Positions 1 to 10,067 of a stretch of 64,000 nt of DNA are shown in pieces. The stretch's first letter is position 1. The number at the start of each line of letters is the position of its first letter. Source of the DNA: a virus. The notes below the pieces were generated by a model. It saw nothing but the letters and a program-made list of their open reading frames with translations, was not told the origin of the DNA and ran no database searches. The translations under genes and the position numbers were made by a program. The stretch is from IMG/VR virus record IMGVR_UViG_3300021256_000005. One strand, given 5' to 3'.

Positions 1-244
1 TTACAGACTTTAACGACATTATGAATAATTCATAATCCGTAATCTCCATAAAGTTAATTCCTTGATCATCTAGTTCGGACATTTTATCAGAAGGAGTAGA
101 AGTAAATACACCTAACAGTGCATTATATTTATGTTCACCGTATTGGATTATCTGTTCAACAGTCGGTTGATAGATCGTCAAATAATCATTAACCTTAAAT
201 GGCTCTCCAACAAATGCTTGTAATTCATCAATTTGATAAGCCAC
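1..244 (-). CDS. hypothetical protein, N-terminal part only (gene runs past window start); structural arm
   Basis: The minus-strand frame is open from 250 to position 2 with no stop. It translates ..VAYQIDELQAFVGEPFKVNDYLTIYQPTVEQIIQYGEHKYNALLGVFTSTPSDKMSELDDQGINFMEI.. GTG at 244 (or TTG at 250) overlaps the stop of 228..767. It is absent from the ORF track because the window edge truncates it. Confidence 0.4.
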   Translation of the reverse strand, partial: MAYQIDELQAFVGEPFKVNDYLTIYQPTVEQIIQYGEHKYNALLGVFTSTPSDKMSELDDQGINFMEITDYELFIMSLKSV

Positions 245-767
245 TAACAATTACCCTGCCATCACGCACAATGCCATTTAAGGTTGTCTGTTTGAACGTT
301 AATAAACGCCCAAGATAACGATTATCAACAGGTCGAGGATCATTAGAAATTAAATTTAACTGTGTTCCAAAATCTTCGCAGTGATTAAATTCATCTTCAA
401 CCAATGCGCTCAACAGATCATGCGTAGCAATACCAGTCGCATCGTCCTTTGCATGATTTGTGTGAATCAGAATATAAAATGCTAAATATAATTCTTTATA
501 ATAATAATTTTCTTTACTTAACGTAGACCATTGAATTTCATAACACAAAAAACTTCGTGTTTCCGCTTCAACAGGCGTTACTAAATGGTACGGTAAAATC
601 ACCGTATCAAATAAATCATCATAATCCAGTAAATCCTCTTGACCATCTTGTGCATGTCGTAACAGTAAATCCATGATAGGTTCATTGTTTAACAGTTTCT
701 TTTTGATAATTTCTTTTTCTAATATAATATCGTTTTGATATTTTGATTTGTAATCCAGTAATTCCAT
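228..767 (-). CDS. hypothetical protein (virion/structural arm)
   Basis: 179-aa ORF tightly packed in the leftward late operon. No recognisable motif. Confidence 0.6.
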   Translation of the reverse strand: MELLDYKSKYQNDIILEKEIIKKKLLNNEPIMDLLLRHAQDGQEDLLDYDDLFDTVILPYHLVTPVEAETRSFLCYEIQWSTLSKENYYYKELYLAFYILIHTNHAKDDATGIATHDLLSALVEDEFNHCEDFGTQLNLISNDPRPVDNRYLGRLLTFKQTTLNGIVRDGRVIVSGLSN

Positions 768-776
768 AGTACACCT

Positions 777-1946
777 CTACAGCGACTTTAACTGTAATTT
801 CAATTCTGCTGTCCAGTCATTTAACTGACATTTAACGGTTAAAATTTTGTTCAGATAATCTTTTTCCGAACCAATAAATTTAACACTACATTGATTATTA
901 CTTGCAGTGCAAACAACAAAATTATTAACAGTTTGATCTCCAATAAAGAAATTCCACTGGTAGCCAGTCGTATACTGTGATGTGATATTGTTATTGTCGG
1001 CATCGAATATATTGGCTTGGATGCGTTTTGCACTGCCACCAATCTTTAACACGTCATTCACAGCTGATAATTTGAGTTGAAGCTTACCATCAACTGGCTC
1101 AACCGGTTTAATTACACTATCACGATAATAGTCTGCACAAAGAATTTTGTTATCATAATCAATAAAATCATGAATTGAATCAAATTCATCTTGTACTAAC
1201 GTGAATATGATTAAACCACGTGGAGTAAGATTGTCAATTTTTGTTACCTTAAATGTCAGCGGAACAGTATTAGGCATAGAAATTATCATCCGAGTATTAT
1301 AAAAAATACTAATTGAATCATTATTATATGGCAAAATAAATTTATCTTGATTATCAACAGTTTTCGTCATATTACCAGTTGAAACACCAGAACTATAGCT
1401 TTGCTGAATCCTTTGTACACCACACATTTGATGCAGAGTTTTGACACCATCATCCCATGTGACCCACTGATATACATAATCACAGCGCAAAATTACAAAC
1501 TTTGGAAGTAAATTCCTCGAATCTGAATTAACTACAAGCCATTTATGATAAACACCTCGGTCGTCTGGAATATCAACATATAAACCAACTGGAAAATCAA
1601 TGTCTAAATCGGCATATGCCTTCCACCAATCTGGTACGCATGATTGTTCATTCCACACATCAGGTTCAAACATAATCTGATGTTGTGGAAAATCATCTAA
1701 TGCTGTTGCGTATTCTGCAATCATAACTTTTAACCAAACTTTAACCTTTTTATCAGTATCCGTTGGGTCGTAACCGTGTAGTTGTTTTTTATGATTATCA
1801 TGCGAATAATCATATAAGTAACATGGTCGTGTAGCTAAATCATTATAAAATGTTTGCTGTACAACATGATCTGTTAATTCTTTATATTTTTGTCCTAAAT
1901 ACTCAGTTTTGGAAGTATGTTCTTTCATATCACGAAACGTAATCAT
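777..1946 (-). CDS. hypothetical structural protein (neck/tail region by position)
   Basis: 389-aa ORF, 3 nt downstream of the preceding gene in the same operon. No motif recognised. Confidence 0.65.
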   Translation of the reverse strand: MITFRDMKEHTSKTEYLGQKYKELTDHVVQQTFYNDLATRPCYLYDYSHDNHKKQLHGYDPTDTDKKVKVWLKVMIAEYATALDDFPQHQIMFEPDVWNEQSCVPDWWKAYADLDIDFPVGLYVDIPDDRGVYHKWLVVNSDSRNLLPKFVILRCDYVYQWVTWDDGVKTLHQMCGVQRIQQSYSSGVSTGNMTKTVDNQDKFILPYNNDSISIFYNTRMIISMPNTVPLTFKVTKIDNLTPRGLIIFTLVQDEFDSIHDFIDYDNKILCADYYRDSVIKPVEPVDGKLQLKLSAVNDVLKIGGSAKRIQANIFDADNNNITSQYTTGYQWNFFIGDQTVNNFVVCTASNNQCSVKFIGSEKDYLNKILTVKCQLNDWTAELKLQLKSL

Positions 1947-1949
1947 TTA

Positions 1950-2273
1950 TCATACCTCCAATCTACTCACTTCTGCTCCTGCGTCTAATATAAGTTTACG
2001 ATAAACTTTGTAATTGAAATTTGGACTATTGTATTCAATCAGCGCAGATTCCAACAAACACATAATATCTACTATCTGAGTAGGTTCATCACACAATGAG
2101 TTCATCCCTCTCAGCTTCAACAATAGTCCAATAATACTTTTTGTTACATCTATTTCTTGATATTGATCTTTAGTTGCGGGGTCAACGATCAATAACAAGA
2201 AAAAGATTTTTCCTCTTAATGATTTTTTTATTTGATTAAATTGTTCACAGGTAAATTCAACACCATATTTCAT
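1950..2273 (-). CDS. hypothetical protein (head-completion region by position)
   Basis: 107-aa ORF. Its start overlaps the stop of 2273..2710 by one base (translational coupling). Confidence 0.6.
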   Translation of the reverse strand: MKYGVEFTCEQFNQIKKSLRGKIFFLLLIVDPATKDQYQEIDVTKSIIGLLLKLRGMNSLCDEPTQIVDIMCLLESALIEYNSPNFNYKVYRKLILDAGAEVSRLEV

Positions 2274-2710
2274 TATGAAAACGCTCCATAATAATATTGA
2301 TGATTTCTTGCCTTCTTCTTTAATTTAAGTTCGGCACTCTCAAGACGATCAATTATGGTCTTGTAATTTCCTTGCAATTTCTTTTCTTCTTTCCCGCCGA
2401 TTAATACAGAAGTGTTAATTGTCGTATCAGCTTCTGGTCTTAACCAGTTAATAACCATGCCATCTGAGAATAAATCAGCCACAAAATCATCATCTGTTTC
2501 ATTGTCAACAGGATTTTTTAGAGTATAGGTTAATGTGCGGGTTTCATCATTAAAAGTCAAAGTATCAAAAATTTTACGAATATAAGGAATAGCACCAACC
2601 CCATGAAGCATCCCTATCATTTCTTCGTAAGCGATATTTTCATCCTTCTTAAAAAACAGAACATCGTCATGTTTAATGTAGAAGAGCGAAAAAATTTCAT
2701 CATAAGTCAT
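2273..2710 (-). CDS. hypothetical protein, possible head-tail adaptor (position only)
   Basis: 145-aa ORF two genes downstream of the major capsid candidate. Confidence 0.55.
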   Translation of the reverse strand: MTYDEIFSLFYIKHDDVLFFKKDENIAYEEMIGMLHGVGAIPYIRKIFDTLTFNDETRTLTYTLKNPVDNETDDDFVADLFSDGMVINWLRPEADTTINTSVLIGGKEEKKLQGNYKTIIDRLESAELKLKKKARNHQYYYGAFS

Positions 2711-2727
2711 TGGCTATTCCTCGCTTT

Positions 2728-3372
2728 TTAAAGAAATTCTTTAATACAAGTTCCTAGAATTTCGTCAATGATTGATAATTTAGAAATGTCTGGATAATTC
2801 TGTTTGTGAATCATTTCCATTGCCGCAATAGAAATAACTTCTTTAATTGGACCTGGAGAAGTTTCGAGTTTTTCTCTAAACTCAGCATCAGATAAAGTAA
2901 AGAAGTCCTCTAACGACTCGATCTCTAAAAACGTCTTGTAAGTATCCCCAAGGTCTTTGCGCCACCGATACAGAAGTTCTGGATCTTCAATCATGATCTT
3001 TCCATCTTTTAACAGCGGTTTACGGCGGTATGTCTGTAAATCACGATATGCGACGTTCTGCACATCGCCAAAATAATCCCAAACATACATTCTTAAATGA
3101 TCTGGGGTAGCGATTACAAGTTTCCACGGAACACAGCTACGACAAGGAATCAAATCATCCAATTCATATTTGCGTTCACTCGGAACATACACTTGCTGTT
3201 TCTTTGATTCTTTTTGTTTTGCCGTCTTTTTGTTTGGTTCTTTTACAGCATCAAGTATTTCCTGAGTAACAGTGTTCATATGGCTTGTAATCTTAAACCC
3301 TTTTGATTTCAAATCATCAATCAGTTCTTTGTTAGAAACACCCAACTGTTTTGATAAGTCTTTAATTTGCAT
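2728..3372 (-). CDS. hypothetical protein with N-terminal SAP/Rho-N/IF2-N-like helical motif
   Basis: The N-terminus MQIKDLSKQLGVSNKELIDDLKSKGFKI resembles the short helix-extension-helix motif often found on phage head-associated proteins. Lysine-rich linker. Confidence 0.55.
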   Translation of the reverse strand: MQIKDLSKQLGVSNKELIDDLKSKGFKITSHMNTVTQEILDAVKEPNKKTAKQKESKKQQVYVPSERKYELDDLIPCRSCVPWKLVIATPDHLRMYVWDYFGDVQNVAYRDLQTYRRKPLLKDGKIMIEDPELLYRWRKDLGDTYKTFLEIESLEDFFTLSDAEFREKLETSPGPIKEVISIAAMEMIHKQNYPDISKLSIIDEILGTCIKEFL

Positions 3373-3429
3373 GTAATCTCCCTTTAATCAAAATAATGGC
3401 AGTCAACCGACTACCATTGTTACGGTTCA

Positions 3430-4527
3430 TTAACCAGTAATTTTAATTGCGCCAAACAGCTCGTCAATAGCAACGCCAGTTCCTTCGATATAAGCGATTT
3501 CAGCATCAATCGTCATATCTTTCTTCTCGCCGTTTGTGCCAGATTCGTAATACATTACGTCACCTTCGTTGACACGTTTGATCGGCTTGAACTCAGGATC
3601 AATCGGAACAATCAGGATTGTCTTGTTGTCTGTGATGCTTGTGCGAGTACCCTGAGCGTTGATTCTCGGAATAGCGGCACACATATAACCTTCCCAGTTA
3701 CCAAGTACACCTTTCTGGTTCTGCTCATCTTTCATGGCATCAGACCATACGTTATAATCTACAGTACCCTGAAGCTGATTCAGTGCCAGTTTAGAACCCA
3801 TCAGACAAATTTCTTTACCAGTTACTGATTTAACAAGCTCACACTGCTCAATAATAGCAGACTTAGTGTCTTTAGAAACATTAGTTTCCAGAATCATATC
3901 AGTCGGCAGAGAAGCGGGAAGTGCTTTAAAAGCTACATACAGTGCTTCATATCTGCGCTTCTCAATAGCGGCATACATCTTGTCTACCATTCCTGCAAAG
4001 TCTACTTTACCTTTACGGAACAGGTCAAAATCAGTATAAGTCTTGATAGTATACCAAGAGGTCTCGATACGGAAAGCAACACCAGGCTTCAGTGCCTGAC
4101 GTACTACATCATGATGATTTCCTGCAAATTTAGAAACAGTCAGGATGGAACTATCTTCTACATAGAACTCGTTTACGTCACCTTCCGCCAGATTTCTGTT
4201 GTCTACCAGTTCATCAAGGAAACTGCCGTTAGTAGCATCAATGCCAGAAACCATTCTGTCAGCGATAACATCCTCAACCAGAGAAGCCCACTCTTTCGAG
4301 TGCATACGATATGCCTGTCTCCGTTTCATAGGAGTTGCGTGTTCCCAGTTGATACCAAAAATTCTATCTGCGCCGTTACGAATAATTTTGTTTGTTTCTT
4401 CTTTAGAATATTTAGTGTAGATACCGTGAGAAGCATCCATCATCAGATCATGAAACTCAACAACATTTTCATATTTATTGTCAAACTGATTCATAACATG
4501 TGCAGAAAAAGCTGTCATATCTCTCAT
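3430..4527 (-). CDS. major capsid protein candidate
   Basis: 365 aa. Lambda-like gene order: portal, protease/scaffold, small decoration-like gene, then this ORF. Size fits gpE/HK97-fold capsid proteins. No motif-level proof. Confidence 0.6.
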   Translation of the reverse strand: MRDMTAFSAHVMNQFDNKYENVVEFHDLMMDASHGIYTKYSKEETNKIIRNGADRIFGINWEHATPMKRRQAYRMHSKEWASLVEDVIADRMVSGIDATNGSFLDELVDNRNLAEGDVNEFYVEDSSILTVSKFAGNHHDVVRQALKPGVAFRIETSWYTIKTYTDFDLFRKGKVDFAGMVDKMYAAIEKRRYEALYVAFKALPASLPTDMILETNVSKDTKSAIIEQCELVKSVTGKEICLMGSKLALNQLQGTVDYNVWSDAMKDEQNQKGVLGNWEGYMCAAIPRINAQGTRTSITDNKTILIVPIDPEFKPIKRVNEGDVMYYESGTNGEKKDMTIDAEIAYIEGTGVAIDELFGAIKITG

Positions 4528-4551
4528 TAGTGTTTATCCCCTTTCAATTTA

Positions 4552-5112
4552 TTAAACCTGTGCATTCTTGATACACTCAATACGAACCATATTCAGTGCA
4601 TTACCCTGCACAACAGAATGCACACGACCAATAAAGCCGTAAGTTGTACCTTCTGGTTTAGCGGAAGCGGCAACTTCAACGTAACCACCTTTTCCGTCAA
4701 CTACTACATAGTTGCCCTCTTTCGGCAGTTTATTTGCGCCAACAATAGTGGAAAACTGATAAGATGCAACAGCAAAAATTTCATTTTCCTCTTCAAGCAC
4801 CTGATAACATTTTACTGGTGCGCCAGCTACATTTGTAAAGTTATACGGCTGACTCTGTGCTTTAGTTACAGCGTCTTTTACATCTGGCGAAGAACCAGTT
4901 ACAGCAATCTTGTCACCTTTATCGGCAATAGTTCCTTTTCTAGTCTGTAATCCATCATAAGTCGGATCACCAACTTTTACAGCAACGCCGTTGTCTACAT
5001 CTTCATCGAAAACTAAATCAAAAATTTTTCCAACGTCTGTAGCTTTCAGCTTGCTAGATTCAAAAATACCATGCTTACCTTTTGCATCGGTTGTATATAC
5101 ATGCGTACTCAT
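4552..5112 (-). CDS. head decoration or scaffold-like protein candidate
   Basis: 186 aa, lying between the protease/scaffold candidate and the capsid candidate. Call is by position only. Confidence 0.4.
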   Translation of the reverse strand: MSTHVYTTDAKGKHGIFESSKLKATDVGKIFDLVFDEDVDNGVAVKVGDPTYDGLQTRKGTIADKGDKIAVTGSSPDVKDAVTKAQSQPYNFTNVAGAPVKCYQVLEEENEIFAVASYQFSTIVGANKLPKEGNYVVVDGKGGYVEVAASAKPEGTTYGFIGRVHSVVQGNALNMVRIECIKNAQV

Positions 5113-5128
5113 TCAAAAATCCTCCTAA

Positions 5129-6520
5129 TTATTTTTTGTTCAGCAATTCATCAAGGAAAGAATTATCTTCCTGTGCAGGCGTTCCAAAAGCAAAAGTATG
5201 CGTTTCAACTCCTGTTTTAACTTCATTTTTATTTTCTGCTTGCTGAGAAACAGAAAACGTTCTGCGCATCTGACCAAGCACAAGATCACATTCTTTTCTC
5301 AGTTCATCAACGCTATAGTTTTCTTTATTGTTAACTAAGTTTTTGAAATTATCAGATTCAGTGATTTCGGCATAAGCGGAATCAGACAGAATAGCATCAC
5401 GCTTTGTATTTAATTCTTTGCGCTCATAATCTTTCAGTTTAATTACAACTGTGTCGTAATCTTCACGCATTGTTTTAAGCTCAGTAAGTTCTTCTTTTGT
5501 TAAATATTCAAGAAAAACCTCAATTGCTTCACCCTCAAACTGAATATCATTATCATCTTTTGTATAATTCTGTTTGAATACATTCGATACGCAAGTTCCG
5601 TCCTCATCAACTGCATTGTGCTGATAAAAAAAGTATTCATCAAAAACATCAATGATATAATCGTAATCACGATAATTTTCATTTTTACGTAACTGCTCGT
5701 AGATCTTACGCCTAACATTATCATGTGATAATTCAAAAGTAACTTGATAAGTAGGCTCTTTTGCATCCTTTTCCATTTTATTATCTTCCACGATTTTGTC
5801 CTCCTTTCTTACAGAATTTTTATTGAAATCTTCTGTAAGAACAGAAGAATTTTCAAGCGAATTAACAATCTTGATTTTAGAACCTTCCATACCTGGCTTT
5901 ATTTCGTTGCCGTTAGCATCATAGCCTAAAATCGTAATTCCAGAAAAATAAAAATCTGTAATAACCAAAACATCATTTTCAGCGTCAAAATGACACTCAT
6001 CTACACAAAGTTCTACAGACACAGGACATTCACCGTGTCTGGAAACAATTTCAACTGCGGCTGTATATTCATCATACAGAAGTCCATGAACAACAACCCT
6101 ATCAACTTCTTTATCATCGTCATAAATCATTTTCACATCTGGATTAGACGGAATATGACCAACGGAAATTTCGTCATAAACAAAATCTTCCTTCTCGTTT
6201 AAATGTACATTATGACCATAAAATTCAAACTCTCCATCTACTTTATGGATATAACCCAAAATAGGTCTATCACCAATAGACGGAAGTGCAGAAGCCATAG
6301 TTTCTTTAGAGATATAAGAATTGTTTAAGTTCCGCATCGTATGACAAGCCGTGAGTTCAACTTCAGTAAGTCCCTTTTTTGCAGTAGCTTCAAAAGACAC
6401 CATACCGTCTGTCAGCACATGAATTGGCTTCTCATTGTTGTCATGACTTGAAAAAGAAGTAATGTTTTGGTGTGCCTTATAAAATTTTACAAGTTCATCA
6501 ATTGTTATAATACCTTCCAC
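5129..6520 (-). CDS. prohead protease / scaffolding fusion candidate
   Basis: 463 aa with a GTG start preceded by GAGGTG. The N-terminal half (..DRPILGYIHKVDGEFEFYGH..) is loosely like prohead protease cores. The C-terminal half is charged and coiled-coil-like (scaffold-like). Directly follows the portal. Confidence 0.4.
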   Translation of the reverse strand: MEGIITIDELVKFYKAHQNITSFSSHDNNEKPIHVLTDGMVSFEATAKKGLTEVELTACHTMRNLNNSYISKETMASALPSIGDRPILGYIHKVDGEFEFYGHNVHLNEKEDFVYDEISVGHIPSNPDVKMIYDDDKEVDRVVVHGLLYDEYTAAVEIVSRHGECPVSVELCVDECHFDAENDVLVITDFYFSGITILGYDANGNEIKPGMEGSKIKIVNSLENSSVLTEDFNKNSVRKEDKIVEDNKMEKDAKEPTYQVTFELSHDNVRRKIYEQLRKNENYRDYDYIIDVFDEYFFYQHNAVDEDGTCVSNVFKQNYTKDDNDIQFEGEAIEVFLEYLTKEELTELKTMREDYDTVVIKLKDYERKELNTKRDAILSDSAYAEITESDNFKNLVNNKENYSVDELRKECDLVLGQMRRTFSVSQQAENKNEVKTGVETHTFAFGTPAQEDNSFLDELLNKK

Positions 6521-6530
6521 GCATTACACC

Positions 6531-6704
6531 TCAGAAAAATAATTTATTAGTAAATTTAATATCATTTTGGGATTTAAACGTATACAATTTGCCATTGTTA
6601 ACGAATACCCAATACATATCGTTTTGATACACACAATGAGTAATCTGCTTTAATTTTTCCGCAGTTTCTTTATTATTTGTAACAATAAATTTTTCCATCA
6701 TCAT
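6531..6704 (-). CDS. small hypothetical protein (57 aa)
   Basis: My own reading: ATGATGATG start overlapping the portal stop, translating MMMEKFIVTNNKETAEKLKQITHCVYQNDMYWVFVNNGKLYTFKSQ... It fills an otherwise empty 180-nt gap. Below the track length cutoff. Confidence 0.35.
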   Translation of the reverse strand: MMMEKFIVTNNKETAEKLKQITHCVYQNDMYWVFVNNGKLYTFKSQNDIKFTNKLFF

Positions 6705-8242
6705 GTACCCCTATCATCATTCTTTCCAGACACTCTTGCAGAAACACCTTCTTCAGATAAATCTTCTTCTGGCATTTCTGGTCTGCCCGATTTTTGATCT
6801 GAACCACTCATTGTATAAGAGTTCATCAGTGGTATCATCTGTTCTTTAATTTTAGAAGCGTTTTCAAAACGAATCTTATTCCAAGCTATCCAAGGTGTAT
6901 CACCAAGAGAACACAGATAATCAATCGCAGAACCACCAAGAGTTGCCGCTTCTTTTTTCATCTGAACAAAATCGGCTTCGTTGTATCGTGTCTGATCGAA
7001 AATTTCTAACTCAAAACCATCAATAATATTATTCTTAATATAATAGTTCAGCCATGACTCTAAACGGCGCACATAAATAAACATGTTGCCAGTGTCATTA
7101 GCAATCGAGTATTTGATACCAGAAGCGTTTGTCGAACTACCAGAACTTACTACTAATTTATTTACACCCGCATTGGAAAACAAATTATTTATGTTTTGAT
7201 TCAAAGTATCTGTATCGTCATTATTAGTTGATTTATCAAAATTGATAACCTCAAAATCATAAGGAGCAACACCAACACCAACTAAATCTGGAACACTATT
7301 TTCAATGATCGCTTGAAACTGATTTACCATTTCTAGTGAGATAGCAAAATCATCAATATCATTAGAATCCTTCATTAACGGAATTTTACCTAACAATAAT
7401 TTATAATTCTGCAACTCCGTTTTAGATGCGAGAATAGCTTCTGTATCAATCAACTGTAAGAGAGAAACAAATAACGGCACAAAATAGGGGAGTGGCATAT
7501 AAAATTCATCATCTGTTCCGCTAACGATGGTGCAGGTTTTTTCTGGTGTCAGTCGAAACCACTGAGCTGATCTTCCTATTTCTTTATATTGATTGTATCC
7601 ATCAATGAAACACTGATCCCAACAACCAGAAGTATCTCCATCAACACCAAGTACAAATTGCTTATTTGTTCCAACATCAAAATATGCGGCGTTAAAATAA
7701 GTGATCCATTCACCAGATCCAGTTTTACCATAAACACGACAATACTGTACGTCCAATGGCATTAAAAACATGCCATCATCGTCTGATTCATACATAAATC
7801 CTGTAAATTGACCATCTCGAATCACACAAGAAATAATATTAAAACACTCTTTTTCCATCTTAAAATGATGAAAAGTTTTTAATATCTTCTGATAATTCGG
7901 CATAATGTTATCAATATCAATTTCTTCGCTTAAATCCATAGTTGGAATAATCGTGTAGCGATATAACGGCATAGTAGCATAGTATAAAATCAGCTTTTTA
8001 TACACCATTGATACACGGGTTAGAAACCGAGATGCTTCACGGATATTATCAATATTATTGATAGGCGATTCGAGGTATTGTTGAATAAGAGTCTTTGTAT
8101 GCTGTGTGAATGATTTCGTAATGTTTCTTGTTACATCACGCTGTAAAATTTGTTGAATCTTTTCAAAATTTTTAATTGTTTGCGCTCGTTTTCTCGTATG
8201 AGCATAATCTTCACTCGACATAGAACGAGTTATCATTTCCAT
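6701..8242 (-). CDS. portal protein candidate
   Basis: 513 aa, immediately downstream of the large terminase. Acidic/charged C-terminus. Size and position are typical of portals. Confidence 0.6.
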   Translation of the reverse strand: MEMITRSMSSEDYAHTRKRAQTIKNFEKIQQILQRDVTRNITKSFTQHTKTLIQQYLESPINNIDNIREASRFLTRVSMVYKKLILYYATMPLYRYTIIPTMDLSEEIDIDNIMPNYQKILKTFHHFKMEKECFNIISCVIRDGQFTGFMYESDDDGMFLMPLDVQYCRVYGKTGSGEWITYFNAAYFDVGTNKQFVLGVDGDTSGCWDQCFIDGYNQYKEIGRSAQWFRLTPEKTCTIVSGTDDEFYMPLPYFVPLFVSLLQLIDTEAILASKTELQNYKLLLGKIPLMKDSNDIDDFAISLEMVNQFQAIIENSVPDLVGVGVAPYDFEVINFDKSTNNDDTDTLNQNINNLFSNAGVNKLVVSSGSSTNASGIKYSIANDTGNMFIYVRRLESWLNYYIKNNIIDGFELEIFDQTRYNEADFVQMKKEAATLGGSAIDYLCSLGDTPWIAWNKIRFENASKIKEQMIPLMNSYTMSGSDQKSGRPEMPEEDLSEEGVSARVSGKNDDRGT

Positions 8243-8282
8243 TGACCGTTTAATATTGCGTTCTTTCGTTATTTTTCACCAC

Positions 8283-10055
8283 CTATCTATATCGAGTTAC
8301 CCGTTTCGGCATCCTCATATGAATCAACATTTGTGCTTCTTGTTCTTGCGTCTGCTTACGTATTTTCTTTTTTAATCTAATTTGTTGTGCGACATATAGG
8401 TTGTATTGCAAAGAAGAGTAGCGGTCTTTTCGCATACCATTCTTCTCTGTAATTCTAATCTTTTCTCCAACAACCTCATACTCCAAATTTATAAGTTCGT
8501 TAATAAGAGCAGATGTCTGCACATATGGATAAAGACATTTCGCCTTTTGAGCGGGATTCAATTTAGAATATCCCTTTTGATTATTAAAATATTCCTTCGA
8601 TTGTAACTCTGTAATTGGTAATGTTAGCTTTTTATTTTGTATTTGCGCCCTCAGAGCAGTAGCAGTATCACTATTAAACGTAGCATTTGCCTTAATAGAC
8701 CAAAATGCTTTATTAGCATTTGGCTCTTTACAACGTTCAGCCATAGATTCATCGTTAATACATTTTAATGCCTGATATTCAACGCCTAACTCTGGATCAA
8801 AACGATTAACAGCAATATAATCAGCCACGCCTAATCCAACACCATTCGTATCCATCACCAAATCCGTACAATTGAACCGATAGAATGTACGCATAATAAT
8901 CAAACCTAATTCATCTGTAGTCAGTCCTTCATATGTATCAATCGAAACAATATGATTCATATAATCATAATCTGACACTGGAAGATTACGGTTAATAATC
9001 AGCGCAGATGCATCGTTATCGTGTTTTTTCGAGTTCATCAACGCAATATCGACAGATAAAATACGCCGTTCGTTAAATACTAATTTTGGTAACTTAAAGT
9101 GCATAGTAGAATAATCATAAGCTTCTAGCGGATAGATAATAGAATCTCGTTCAGTCCGTAACGGTTCAATATCAGAAAACTTAAAGAATGAACCATCCGT
9201 ATCGCTGTACCATAATGAACCCATTTCAATATCAAATGACATCTGATCGAAATCATCTTCGGACATTTCATCTTCAATCTGCTCACGCATCAGTAATCCT
9301 TCTTTAATAGAAAGCTGATATGGCAATGCACAGACAAAATATCTCTTTGTATGATCCAACATATTCTTCACAAAAGAAACAAATCTTTTATAAGACCAAT
9401 GGCTTTTATACCATGCACTAGTCGCATACATTTCCATATTACGTTCTTGTAAATGAACGTATTCTGGTTTATCTAAATATAACGGATGACGAGGATCTGT
9501 TAAGAATTTCTTCAATACATTATCTATGATCTTTTTCGCAACCATACGGTATTCATCGACAATCACGATATTGGCACGATTATGTCTGGCATTATCATCA
9601 GAAGTAACAACTTTAATAGTTGAACCATTTCTCCATTTACAAATTGGTTTATTTACACCAGTGTGTAATTCTTCAATTTCATTACGAATATTGGCAGAAC
9701 CCCACGTGTAGTTTTTACAAAATTCTTCATCAATCTTTGTTAAGATTTCCAATGCTTGACCTTTTGTACCAGAAGCAATAACAATCTTCGTGCCTGGATA
9801 TAAAATGCATCTACAAATACAGAATAGTGCAAGTAGCCACGATTTACCCTGACCACGTGCCGCCACGTATATCACATGAGTCGAATGCATCATTTCATAT
9901 AAATTTATTTTCTGAAATGTCTTTAACCCAGTGATATTGCAATAATCAACACAAAAACGTTGTGGATTCTCACGGTAAAAAGTACCACGTTCTGCCACAA
10001 CATACATCATTTGTTCTACTTTGTCTTGAAATACTTGTTTCGTTGTTTTCGACAA
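8283..10055 (-). CDS. terL: terminase large subunit
   Basis: 590 aa. Walker A-like VAARGQGKSW and Walker B-like NIVIVDEYRM. The C-terminal half is nuclease-sized. Sits at the head of the morphogenesis genes. Confidence 0.8.
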   Translation of the reverse strand: MSKTTKQVFQDKVEQMMYVVAERGTFYRENPQRFCVDYCNITGLKTFQKINLYEMMHSTHVIYVAARGQGKSWLLALFCICRCILYPGTKIVIASGTKGQALEILTKIDEEFCKNYTWGSANIRNEIEELHTGVNKPICKWRNGSTIKVVTSDDNARHNRANIVIVDEYRMVAKKIIDNVLKKFLTDPRHPLYLDKPEYVHLQERNMEMYATSAWYKSHWSYKRFVSFVKNMLDHTKRYFVCALPYQLSIKEGLLMREQIEDEMSEDDFDQMSFDIEMGSLWYSDTDGSFFKFSDIEPLRTERDSIIYPLEAYDYSTMHFKLPKLVFNERRILSVDIALMNSKKHDNDASALIINRNLPVSDYDYMNHIVSIDTYEGLTTDELGLIIMRTFYRFNCTDLVMDTNGVGLGVADYIAVNRFDPELGVEYQALKCINDESMAERCKEPNANKAFWSIKANATFNSDTATALRAQIQNKKLTLPITELQSKEYFNNQKGYSKLNPAQKAKCLYPYVQTSALINELINLEYEVVGEKIRITEKNGMRKDRYSSLQYNLYVAQQIRLKKKIRKQTQEQEAQMLIHMRMPKRVTRYR

Positions 10056-10067
10056 TTTATCACCGCC